Assembly (NCBI RefSeq): GCF_001949145.1
Contig: NW_019091357.1
Location: 417,580 to 437,579 of the forward strand
Reading direction: 5' to 3'
Length of the DNA stretch: 20,000 nt
From: Acanthaster planci
Taxonomy: Eukaryota
In this document: positions 1-10,967 of the stretch, in pieces
How the letters are laid out: every line of letters starts with the position of its first letter
Numbering within the stretch: position 1 is the first letter of the stretch
Notes under the pieces: generated by a model
Seen by the model: the letters and a program-made list of their open reading frames with translations, nothing else
The model's database searches: none
What the model was told of the DNA's origin: nothing
Made by a program: the position numbers and the translations under genes

Positions 1-201
1 GACTTTATTCAATTGCCACCGTGAACACTAGTTCGGGACAGCTTGTGTGTTGAAAATGTCATGGTACTTGCAACTTTTATTATTGATATGAAACAACCTA
101 AATCTCCCTAAGATTTTGGGATCTAAAACAGCTTTTTACCAATCTGGGCCTGCGGTGAAGATTATGCAGTAAAAATCCTTTCTGCCCTGACTAGTACGTA
201 C

Positions 202-390
202 CTCAGATGTGGAACTAAGACGCCACGTCCAGGCCAACAGGTTGAAACGCTGCGTAGGTTGGTCGGACCTTGGCGACCTAACGTCGGTTTGATTCCGGTA
301 GCACAGGTGGATAACAGACTGTAGAGTTCAAGGAAAGCTACCGATTCCAGATGATCTCCAAACATCCGATGTCCTTGTCAAAGATCCCAA
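202..390 (-). other. Candidate spliced exon (non-coding or 5'UTR/first coding)
   Basis: On the minus strand: acceptor ttacttcttttcccttgcag| ending at 391 and donor gag|gtacgt at 201. The segment is 189 bp. No frame is open from the acceptor; only the internal ATG at 365 (MFGDHL...) reads open to the donor. Confidence 0.25.
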
Positions 391-1800
391 CTGCAAGGGA
401 AAAGAAGTAAGCCTCAGTAGTTGTGTGGGAACGCTTAGACCTCATATATGCTCCAAATTGGAAAAGGAAATTTATGTGACTGTTTTGACAGTAACTGTCT
501 TTGAACATACGTTTACTGTGTTTGTATAGGTTTCTGAAACAGACACGTAAAAAACTAAAAGTAAATGTTACGGTGAACACTGCTAAACGAAATGCAGAAA
601 CGCGGACGCGTATAGTTTCCCAAACTCCCAGCTCGGAAGAACTTTGACGGATTTTGTATAAAATTCGCCCTTACAAACTTGATAGCCGTTTACCTTACCA
701 CAAACAAAAAATGGTTTGCACTCGGGCACGAGAGTGTCTCTGATGAGAAAAACTCATATGCGCGTTACTGAACCCATATCTTATCTGTAAGATGAACATC
801 CAAGGAAGTCAGCAACTATTGCAGACAAACTAAACTGAGAGTAGCCTACTGGATACTCACACCAAACCCGAGTTATCTGACAAGAAATAATCAGTCTTGA
901 ACTGATGAATCAAAGATCACAGAGTGACAGCACGGCAATTCATTCCTAGTAGGAGTTCAAGAGTGATCACCTCCATAACGATGTTATTATGATCGTTGGA
1001 GTTGGTCGGTGTTGGTATAAATAGTCACAGGGCTACCTATAGACCATCAGAAATTCGAACCAGAACCCAAAATAGACGGCGGTAGAATTACACCAGCTTT
1101 GCTCTGAACCCCTTTGTTTGAGGTCACGTCACTTACAACAGACGATATTGCTATCGGGATGGATGAAAACAGAAAGAGATGGCTGGGAAAGGCCTTGGTA
1201 CAAGATGGTTGATATATATTCGGAATATTCATTTCTTTAGGTATCAGTTCGAGGCTGACGCCATCTTTGTCACGTTCTCAATGTCACCATGGTGATTACA
1301 GCACAGAGTGTTATCACAGCATCAGGGTTCACTATCGACTTATACCAAGTCGTGTGCTTAGATCCGGTTTCAAGTGCTGTGGGCTGTATTGATCTACCAG
1401 CTGCTTTAGTGTCATGATGCTCTGTTTTGGCTTGATTGAACCTGACATGTTTTGCATGTTATGATGACCTGACGAGTAAGAGAGACTTAGCAACGGGGTC
1501 AAGGGGATGAAGGATGTTCAACGGAGGACTCACGGCTGTAAGCTACGAGGAGCTCAGGGAGATACAAGTGAATCCATCTACATGTAGTACCTCTTCAAAA
1601 ATGGCTGATAAAATTACCAATTCACGGGGGGGGTGCGTTCTGTTCAAAAAGATAATCTTTGAACCAATCTCCTTAAGAAATTAAGAACTTTTGAGAGGAA
1701 GGGTAGAGTACTATGTAGGCCCTATGCTGTGGCTTTTGAGGGGAAAGCTTATGCAAGAACATTGAAAAGATGATAAAAAAAGGTCACCATGAAGACACTT

Positions 1801-1826
1801 GGCAACTCAGTTGGTCGAGCACCGGT
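1801..1826 (+). mobile_element. tRNA-like A-box fragment, probable truncated tRNA-derived SINE head
   Basis: ggcaactcagttggtcgagcaccgg closely follows the tRNA D-arm/A-box pattern TAGCTCAGTTGGTAGAGC. No B-box (GTTCRANNC) or acceptor stem follows, so it is not a tRNA gene. Confidence 0.45.
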
Positions 1827-2031
1827 AAAGCGTCACGATGTATAGATTGTTGGACGTTCACATGCTACTCTCAACAACTTCTTTGCTTACAATCACTATG
1901 AGAAATATGTCACCCGGGCCCAGCAATATGACAGAAAGTCAAGTCTTAGTTCTTACATTCATTCAATCAATGGAGTTGGAAAAGCATGCGCTCGTTTTGA
2001 GCAAGTCTTTAAAATAATTGTCTTGTCATAC

Positions 2032-2288
2032 CAGGGGCGGATCCAGCATTTTTCAAAGGGGGAGAGCGAGCTAAAGCAGTAATGGTATTATGGGGTCGCG
2101 GCCGTTAAATTAGGAAGATTGGGTAACCAGAAGCAGAACTGTTGTTTTTACGCCTTTGTCACATTTATGCGGCTGGGTCCCTCCCTCTATTTTCTTCCCC
2201 TTCCTCTATTTTCTTCTCTTTGTATTTATTTTTTTTGCGTGAAAAGGGGAGGGGTGCGCCCTCCAGCCCCCCCCCCGATTTACCCCTG
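2032..2288. mobile_element. Non-autonomous DNA transposon (MITE), ~257 bp
   Basis: Left end caggggcggatccag; right end ...gatttacccctg (reverse complement caggggtaaatc, 9/12 identity). It has subterminal G/C tracts, a pyrimidine-rich interior and no ORF. No clear target-site duplication. Confidence 0.7.
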
Positions 2289-4259
2289 TAATTGAACAAG
2301 TTGAAGGACATACCTAAGTGTTTGCACTGTAGAACCGTTGTAGGCGCACATGTGTCACAGAAAAAATTCCACAATCTTGACTTGCCTCTGCTGAACAATA
2401 CCCGTCTAGACTTTTATCAAGCAGTCTCCGATGTCAAGGCAGTGATGAATGCTTGACGTTTAAAATGTTGACACCCAGAAGTCTGAGATATGTGTATTTG
2501 TGTGCATGTATAGAGTCTTTTGAAAGCCAAAAGGAATGTACTATGATTACATCTATGAATGTACCATCAGCCAGTGAGGTTGACCTACTTGTGGGGTTCA
2601 CGACACGAAAAAAACAACAAAGGGTTTGCGAGCAGCTCTCAATGCACTTTGAAAAATATACAACGATGCAGCAGGATGATCAACGGAGTGGTTTTGACGT
2701 ATTTTTGTCAACGAACAATAGCAAAAATTAACCATTAAATGACAAATCCATGGACAGAATGGGATGGACTTCAGTATAGCTCACCAATAAATCAGTGACG
2801 GATTACTGCCTTCTGAATCTACAGTACAAAGATTACAGCCAACGGCTGCTGTATTTCGATTGGGTTTTGCTCCTTTTTCCGCTCAGTGCCAATTACAGGG
2901 GTTCGTTACAGAGAACAAGGAATTGGAACTAGCGTTTAACACTGCATTCATACACAACATTGTGATTTCAATAAAGCGGCGGTGCATTTGAAGATTCAAT
3001 TTTGAAAGGTACATTAGCCTGCACTGTGATAAACCCCTTTCGTGACGATTTCTCATTCTCACTGTTTACAAAAGCATTGAAAACCCAACGTGAACTTCAA
3101 TAGAAGAGATTCCATAGAGACGGAAGTGTAGAGAGTAATGCCATAATAAAGCAATAATGCAACTTTCGAGGTTCACTGTTTACAACAAAACGTCATCACT
3201 CGTTATACAAAACGCTATTAGTTTGACATCTATTAAATGCACAGATGAAGATTTACCAGGAATTACGAATTGACCAAGAAAAAACAGCAAAAATGAAAAT
3301 GAAGGGTCTTCGTCGTTCTCCTGGCTATGTATGCAAAGTAAGCCATCGTCATACGACAGCACTATGACTTCGCCTGACGCCGCTCACCGACAGATTCGAA
3401 ACCGCTGCCATACACCTGCATAATCAGTACACGAAAACAGCTCGACCCTATCAATTAAGGTGAGGAAGAACAATATAGTTGACCTGCGCAACAACGACTT
3501 ACCTACCTGAGAGGCTCTTGTCACCCACGATAAATCTTTGTTGGCGTTGGTGTTAGGTTTTTACACAACGCAAGAGCACGGAATACATGCACTGAAATCA
3601 AAATACATCTCAAAAAGCCATTCCCAGGTGTCAAAGTGAGTAGTAAGTCACCTGTATTGTTGTTTCCATACAAAACCAAGCATTACTCTGGTTGGTTCAT
3701 GGATTAACTCTCTTTCCTGCATAATCAGAGGAAAACCAGAATTTGACCACACGCAGAGATGAACTAATAGCCCAACACCTGATGGATGCTAACTTGATAT
3801 TGAACACACATTTTGCGCTCATGTCACGACCTCTATGAATATTCACATTCACACAAGCTAATCCGGTTGCAATCATTGTATGAGTGTCGGAATGGGAACA
3901 ATTTAATGTTCCCTGATTTGACACAGGGAACTGGGTCAGGTACATGGCTGAATTGAATATCATATTTCGTTTGGTATTCACATTTGCTTGACACAAGCCT
4001 TTTCATTGGGATGTAGGCCTAGGCCGAGGTATAATATGAAAATGTTGCACATGTACATGCACATGTACCATTACCTCAGCGTACACTGCCTACTGACCGA
4101 AAATCTAACCTTGAAACTACTGCCGTCTACCAACAACCATCAAGGCGTTGAATATTTAACTATCACTGACTGCTGTGATGACGTTTTGAACACATGAGGA
4201 GAAACGTAATATCCCACATTACAGCAGTCAACACTTTTTAGATGTCGCTCTGTCTCGTG

Positions 4260-6250
4260 ATCGTTCTGGACCAATGAAAAAAAAAAGCATTAAAGACAGA
4301 CTGCAGTACATTAGCAGACAAACCAGAGACTGGATGTAAGTCTAAATTTGGTATCTCTTAATAGCCCCCTACAACCCCAAGATACCCAGAAGCTCGGTAG
4401 TATTTATTTGAAAGATTAAAATACTTTTCAAGCAATTATCTCTCACCATGCTCTCGTGGACGTTTAATCCAAAGGGTCTTTAGGCTGTTTATAAATACTT
4501 CGGTGGCGACAATAAAACCTTGGAGTGTCTACAAAACAAATAACCAGCAACTAGATTCACACACGTGTACACAACCACCATTTTTTTCTGCATCAGTAAC
4601 AATTCATATGTTTTCTTATCTATATTTTTCTTATCTGAAACAAAAATGTTATTTCTAATCCAAGTTCCAACCCTGAGGCGTACGGACGACCTCACCGCCG
4701 CTGAGTTTCTATCGAAACAAGTTTGATGTCTGTTTGAATTGTCGACAAAACTACAAAGGTATATCGTTTCACGAATCACCCACCTTTACAAGGCTGACGA
4801 GAAAACACGATATTCCCTCAGTAAAACAAATCTTGGGAACAAAAGCGACCTTCCAAAAATGCACGCTTTCATAATATACACGAATGATGTAGTAAAATAT
4901 ATCAAATGGTACACTGATGTCCAATTCAAAACCGCCAAGGCAGGCCAGACGACCGCTGTGGTGATGATGCCTCACATTGACGAACAGCAAAAATGTATCT
5001 GCGGTCAAATGTTGCGGCAGATGTTTACAAACATGAACCCTGGAAGCTCTGTATGCTTTACCAGCCTGGCCAACAATATATTGGAAATGAAATGGGACTT
5101 ACGAATTCCACTTTGGTGTGATACCTGATGTAACATCTTGAGAGCTTGTTCGGTGGTTCTCTGCCCACAACCGCACTAACGCGCTGTGATGTAGATTACC
5201 AGTATGCCTTTATTTCTAATCGTTAATGTGTTTGCGGTTTCTTATCTCCTCTGGGATATGAACGTACGACATGAACCCCTGCGGTGCAGAAATTGCTGGT
5301 AAGGATTGTTTTCAGAGTAGGATACAGATACAGATTTGACTTCAGTTTTGCTGTGTAATGCTGAGGGTTATCGGCTGACGCAGATATTCAGTTATTTGTG
5401 GGTGCGGTTAGTAGAAATGAAATTAGGCTGCTCAGGTGATGATCAGATATGCGAGGGACGGTTGGGTGGGTGTAACCGGAATGAGATTCCACAAAGAAGG
5501 TTGTCATAGCTTCGTGGTTTGTCATCCTTCAAATCTTGACTAGTAGCAACCTGAGTTCAATTCACAAATCCATACTCTGTACAGACAGCACAAAATTCCC
5601 TTTAAAATATCAATCGAATTAATGCAGTAAGCTGTGGTCTTGCATTTTTACCGAATAACTTTTGATAGGTTGAACTATGTCTTGAAACCTCATAAAGTTG
5701 CCATGATCTTGACAGGAAACCTTATTTGCTCAAACAAATGAGCTGCACTTCTAGTTCACATTGATATTAAAATTGCTAGAACTTACATACTCCATAAACT
5801 ATAAGGTCTATTTCGTATTCCTTTGCAAGTGTACCGTGCCATAGCGAAATAGACAGCTCCAGTACTTCAACGATGCATGGAAGTACGGACGAGGTTCGAT
5901 TTCACTGATGTACAGGTCTCGTTGGATGATGACCCGAAGAAAAGGATGCCATTATCTGTCACTTTGAGTTCTTGCCGACATGGACAAGCAACTGACAACT
6001 TCTCGAGTATACCCATCGGTCGTTGGTGTGGCGCTGTGCGTCCCACGCCGCGCGTAGTACTGGCACAAATTCGTGTATCGTATGGCGTTTACACGTGCTC
6101 CGCGTGCCGTGTATACTGACCTTCAACTGAAATAATGTCGTCATGATGAGATCGTAACCGATTTGTGGTGTTTTATACATATTAAATTACTCACATATGG
6201 AAACCGATAAAACCTTAATAGGGTTTAGCCGGTCGCCACCTGATCTTTGC
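4260..6250 (+). mobile_element. Possible second decayed CR1-like LINE ORF2 relic (includes ORF 4739-5128)
   Basis: One frame over 4442-5128 gives NPKGL*, AAEFLSKQV*CLFELS, ITHLYKADEKT, SDLPKMHAFII and TDVQF. Other frames then give LVRWFS, ISSGI, ADADIQLF (5374) and SDMRGTVGW. The order is RT-like, but the invariant YRP, GF and DxxKAFD motifs are lost. Confidence 0.25.
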
Positions 6251-6589
6251 CAGATTGAAAAAATCAAAAGAGGAAAATGTGCTTTCAGTTTTCCGACAAC
6301 TTTTGTGGCTCAATCGCTTTAAACCCCTCCTGCCAAATGGCAAAAGGAACAAGTGTTTTATTGATCCGTTGACCGCACGCCGCCGCACAAAAGGGTTTCA
6401 CTCAACCGTGAAACCACAAACCGCAGAAGCGTGGCAGGTTAGAGGTTAAATTTGAATGTGCATGATTCGTTTCATATTGCTAAAATTCCCCAAGGTTTCA
6501 ACAAATTTATGACAACTCAATGGCACTCTACTTGAGTGGAAGGTAAGTTCAATATTTTGAAAGTCAGCGTCCGCCCAGTAGTGCATTTT

Positions 6590-7900
6590 AGAGAAGTTCT
6601 ACCCCTCAAAGTCTTCATCCTGTTATCAGTCTGTGCATCTTCCAGGCTGAGCGACACTTGTCTTACCGTGAATACAATCTAAGATGGAAAGGGCGGAACT
6701 GGAACTTCTACATATCTCTCAGACTTTCTCTCTCTCAATTTTAAAATTTAAAGTGATTTCAAAGTCGTGTTTTTCTAGGTCTAGAGTATGCAGTGTCGCG
6801 TGTAATTCTGCGACCAGGTGTAAATCCTTGGCGTACATCGCATGCGACAGGCTGCATGGCTCGGTTGTAGTTAGGATTTCAGCATGGTGTCGGGATGTTT
6901 GTTGTGTAGTCATGGACTTAGTTTCGGACTCTTGCCGTGTTCAGGTCAACCATAGGTCACAGCTTGTCAAAAATGTGGAAGTTATTTTTGTAGTCCAGTT
7001 AGATGGTTGTATAAAACTTCATGACGTTAATTTGCATGTTCCAAGGAACAAACCTATCAAACATATAAGTGCCACTTCATTTCTTGAACGATACAGGCTC
7101 AACATAACGTCATTGTTTGTGGATGCTCAAGCGTACAACCGTGTTTTGTAAGAACCAGTCAGGCCGCCTTTGCTCAAGGCCCAGCGGGTGAAATAACAGG
7201 ATGACGCACAGGTTAATAAAGTCTGGTTTCGATGCGATATAGAACGACGCATTGTGATAGGGGAATGAATCAAGTTCAGCTAATGATCCAATTATGCCAT
7301 AAAGACGAGGCCTGCATGATCATGGTGGCCACTGCTATGAGAGAGGGTTCCGTTTCGAATGATGGCGCCCTTGATACAGAATTGGACGCTATTTGTCATC
7401 TTGAATAAGGAACAGAAAATGAAACAGGCTAAAAATGTAGAAATAATGTGCCTTTATGATTGTGTAAGCCCTATATATAGCCTTGTTTCAGAATGCAAAA
7501 AAAGTAGAGTCCCGTAAAAGGTCCTCAAAGAACAGAAATCCTAGGATGAAGTCAAGTGCTGGAGTGGCATATAAGAATGACGCAGCTTTCTCGCGTATTG
7601 ATACAATTTAGACAGTAAAGTTGACTAAATGCAGTGAGTTTGATGTTCACGAATAGAGCAAAATACCACAAACATTCCTAGCTCAGCTTTCAACCCAACC
7701 GAAAACTGCCGTTGAGTCGGTTTGTCTATTACGTCACAGGGATTATCTCGTTTGATTGGACAACAGCATGCTTAGTCTGGAACCTGCAAATCCCCTCATT
7801 GTGTTCTGCCCGTTTAATCCCAGGTATTTGACCTTGCCAGTTTCATAAGATTTACCTGGGTCTCTGTACAGATTTCAAGTCTGGGACTGATGACAATGGA
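6590..7900. other. Coding-like decayed segment, RT-like motifs, strand unresolved
   Basis: The plus ORF 6684-7151 has KNVEVIFVVQL and SLFVDAQAYNRV, followed in frame by WFRCDIERR and PA*SWWPLL. The antisense frame has FLTS..ESETKSMTT and AMYAKDLHLVA. Both readings cannot be real. Confidence 0.2.
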
Positions 7901-8322
7901 AGTATCAGTCCCACAATGATATAATAATAATTACATCAACGGGTTCAACAGCATACAGACCGTTTTAAATTATTTAGAACTTACAAGATATACAAGGAAT
8001 CAAACAATATGCCAAGAATAGTGGAACTTTTAGATTTTGCTCAGCTTGTCGCTTTTCTAAATCGGGTTACAACTACAGCTTAATACTTTGCGACAAGACA
8101 GCCATGCACGTGCGCGTCATATTGAAGATAAGACAAAGTATCCTTGCTGAAGATGTGAGCACAATATAAGATACTTTTCAATCTGCAAATTTACCCTAAT
8201 TTTGTTATTTGCATCCTGTCTTTTCCACATTGAGTCAAGTTTCCGTTTCTGGAGCAGATACATGTTGAGACATTGCTTGTAAGAAAGTTCCAGACACGGA
8301 AGAATTCTCACAATAACAGCTG

Positions 8323-8335
8323 TGACCTTTGAACT
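8323..8335. promoter_or_regulatory. DR1-type nuclear receptor motif (TGACCT-T-TGAACT) next to an E-box
   Basis: tgacctttgaact at 8323-8335, cagctg at 8317-8322, and a further tgacct at 8352-8357. Motif match only. Confidence 0.2.
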
Positions 8336-9197
8336 TAAGACTCTTTATCTTTGACCTGGAAAACTGGGTTATATCCCGATTACACGCTTTGACAAAAAGA
8401 CGTCAGAACAAGTAATGGATTTTATTTGACGAGAGCAGGTTTCGTGCTCTGAATACTCAGCCCTGAGAGAGAGCACATCCAGAGTTTTATCCGTGATAGA
8501 TTTGCACTTACATACCTAAGCTTGCTGATCGCTTATAAAAATGTACAGAAACAAATTGAAAGGAACCAGTCCAAACACTACGCGCGCATGCGCAGCAACG
8601 TGGAGACAAACTGGGAACAAGGACTTATTTCTCACGAGGCGATGTGTTGACGGTCGATAAAAGATCATCGTTTGTGTCAACTGCTTCGGGCAACAGCCCT
8701 CAAGCGGCAATGAAAGTGCTTTGAAAGTTCATGGAGGTTCAGGACTTTTCGTTTATCTGTAAAAGACCGAATTTCATGAAAATCTAGGTCGGGTGTATAT
8801 CAATTTCAAGAAAGTAACTCTTTTGACATAGCTATCAATCAATGTCACCCCCTGAGGCCCCGCAAATCATGTTTTTTCAAGTATGTTTTTCATCTGAGCC
8901 ATTGTCACAAAATGTACTTTTTATTTCGCCGCTTCCGATCGCATTCTTCTTGAACAAAAGAATAACACTACGAGATAATTAAAATTAAACCAAAATGCAC
9001 CAAACAGATGTAAGTCCCACTTGTATGTCATCGCACATTGGCACAACAATACATAAATTATAGCAAACCGTGCGGCCGTCCAATCGATACCCCTTCGTTC
9101 GCTAAGAGTGTCAAAGATGGTCAAAGGCCTATAATACAGATTTGGGACCTATACCATTCTTAGTCTTTTCCTTTGAGTGAGATGACGAAGTTCTTAC

Positions 9198-9316
9198 CTT
9201 TCTGGCACTAAAATTTTAGTTTCTTTGGATTGTTTTAAGCTCTATCTGTGTCCTATCGAACATAACATCCTGGCATCGGCGGATGTTAAGCTAGTTTATG
9301 TCACGCATGGGCAGAC
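9198..9316 (-). other. Candidate non-coding exon
   Basis: On the minus strand: branch point, pyrimidine tract and acceptor ctaacttttccaccgccccag| ending at 9317, and donor aag|gtaaga at 9197. The segment is 119 bp with stops in all three frames. Confidence 0.25.
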
Positions 9317-10891
9317 CTGGGGCGGTGGAAAAGTTAGACGCAAGAAGGAAACCAAAATGTACCGTACCAATTCCTAACTTGTTGCCCTCACAATCTTACA
9401 AATCAAACGAATAAGAAAGATGACAACTGCGAGAATGCCGAAATCAAATCAAATCTTTTCTTCTTCACAATATAAGGAGTGAGTAGCCTGTCTTCCAGCT
9501 TGTTAAATTTCGAGACGCACAAACACAATTAAATCACAAGCCGCCCCTTTGTGTTAAAGAAATCTACCTTCCAGTAAAAACCCCGAAAATAATGGGTGAG
9601 ACCATACAAGCACCGCACGTTGCAATCAACTGAAACAGTTCGACAGCTAAGTAGTTATTTACAAGATAACAAGGCTGGCGGCATCACCTTTTTAAAAAGA
9701 TGTTAAAAGAAGACAAACTCTCGAGCTGCATCAACCCAAGGACACGCCACACATATCCAGCAGAACATTCTATTCAGTTTCTTCACCCTACTTCTCCTAG
9801 TGCCTGCTGGTGTAATTATCCGTGCGCATTCTGCAACCAAGTGTGCAGACTTTTTTCACATCAAATTGAACCATTAGGCCGCTAGCTTGGTATGATCTGC
9901 ACCCAAACACTAGGGGGCTATGGGGATGGTCTGGGGAGATGGGTCATTTGCAAAAGTGGTGAGACAAATACAGGCCGACTGATACAGGAAAAGAAATTCA
10001 CATTACGGGAAAAGAAATGCATGCAAAGACTCGTAATCACGGGCATATGATGCATTTATGCGCACGTCTCACCCTTAAACACGGGGTTTCCATAATTGGC
10101 CCTACCATTTAACAAACTATCATGTCAATGCGATCAGGTTGACTGAAGTCTACGCTAGTGCCCCCTCGCCTCACGCGCGCTCATTCTGGTGCAGTACATT
10201 ACTCCGCGTACGGGTGGTCTTCGTCCGCGATCGGGCGCCTTTTTGAACGCTGGAATAGAATATCCCGAGAGCTTTGTGTTTGATACGGCATGAGGTGAAG
10301 CCTTATATATACCGACCTGGTCTAGCCTAGAAGCGGGACTCTGAGCATGATGTTGTAAGGCTGGCAAATAATGACATGACTCGATAATTAGCCAAAAAAT
10401 GTGAATAGTGAGGAGATATACTCGTTGTATAACTTACTCCCTAAATAGTTGCAGTGGCATGCAATCTTTAATGATTCAACAGGACCTTGGAATAGAAATG
10501 ATAGCTACATTTGAGAACAGGTGTAGAAGCAGGTGATGCAAGAAAAAGAAATCACACAGTTTTTGCGACGCGAAGACTATTTTGGCAATTTGTTTATCTT
10601 TAGGTTTTGATTTTGTGTTGTTTACACAAACCACTTGGGTCATTAGTGCTGTATGATGTGCGGATGGGTTTATGACCCAACGAATGTGGCGTATTTACAT
10701 CTTTCATTGAAAATCGAAAGAAAGCAATGGTCCCGGAGTCCCAAAATTTGATGATTTATGTACTGTTCTTTGAATACAAACGTATTTCTTGCATTCCTTA
10801 CTCGTGAAAACACATTTTTATAATGTGCGCGTCGAGAAGTGATTTCTGCCAAAACCCAATCATGCTGAGGAATATAATCATAAAACAATAC

Positions 10892-10967
10892 AGGTACCAG
10901 TACCATTGGGACTCTTTTATGTAACCGTCACGAGGCCATAAAACAGTCCCAATGGTACCGGGCACCT
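10892..10967. repeat. Near-perfect palindrome/hairpin (22-bp stem, 15-nt loop)
   Basis: gtaccattgggactcttttatg (10900-10921) pairs with cataaaacagtcccaatggtac (10937-10958) at 21/22. The stem extends imperfectly to aggtacca/cgggcacct. Confidence 0.9.

Larger units (their letters stand above)
792..3750 (+). mobile_element. Possible heavily decayed CR1/L2-group LINE ORF2 (APE endonuclease + reverse transcriptase) relic, interrupted by a MITE
   Basis: Degenerate motifs appear in the expected order across frameshifts and stops. APE-like: MNIQG (792), DR..VLV*I..GLP (991), VLRSG..CGL (~1355). RT-like: RVCEQLSMHFEK...QRSGF..LST..SMD..DYCLL..W (2621-2865), FIHNI..AFEDS (~2950-3000, YADD position), GLRR (~3305), INSLSCIIR (~3703, WNxLP position). 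Length minus the MITE is ~2.7 kb, similar to an ORF2. By-eye match only; core motifs are degraded. Confidence 0.4.

Noticed and set aside
1928..5300. Plus-strand Toll-like receptor pseudogene (NKLKDIPKCL N-cap, LRR-like words, HAFIIY box 1, SYLLW box 3)
   Set aside because: Equally good LRR/TIR-like words appeared on the opposite strand, in overlapping frames, and in a control stretch (9360-9700). The same residues also fit an RT alignment. Not supportable without an HMM.
6075..6106. Ig-like motif SYGVYTCSA in ORF 5877-6119
   Set aside because: No properly spaced upstream Cys/Trp of an Ig fold and no exon boundaries.
6319..6449. TTAA-flanked piggyBac-like mini-element (ttaaacccctcctgcca ... 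tggcaggttagaggttaa)
   Set aside because: The inverted match needs gaps and has only a 7-bp exact core, which could be chance.
4680..7400. Minus-strand LRR/TIR relic (LHTLDLEKH, QELKVTDNGI, EYRVF..WVIRE)
   Set aside because: It needs heavy frame-hopping and conflicts with the plus-strand readings of the same DNA.
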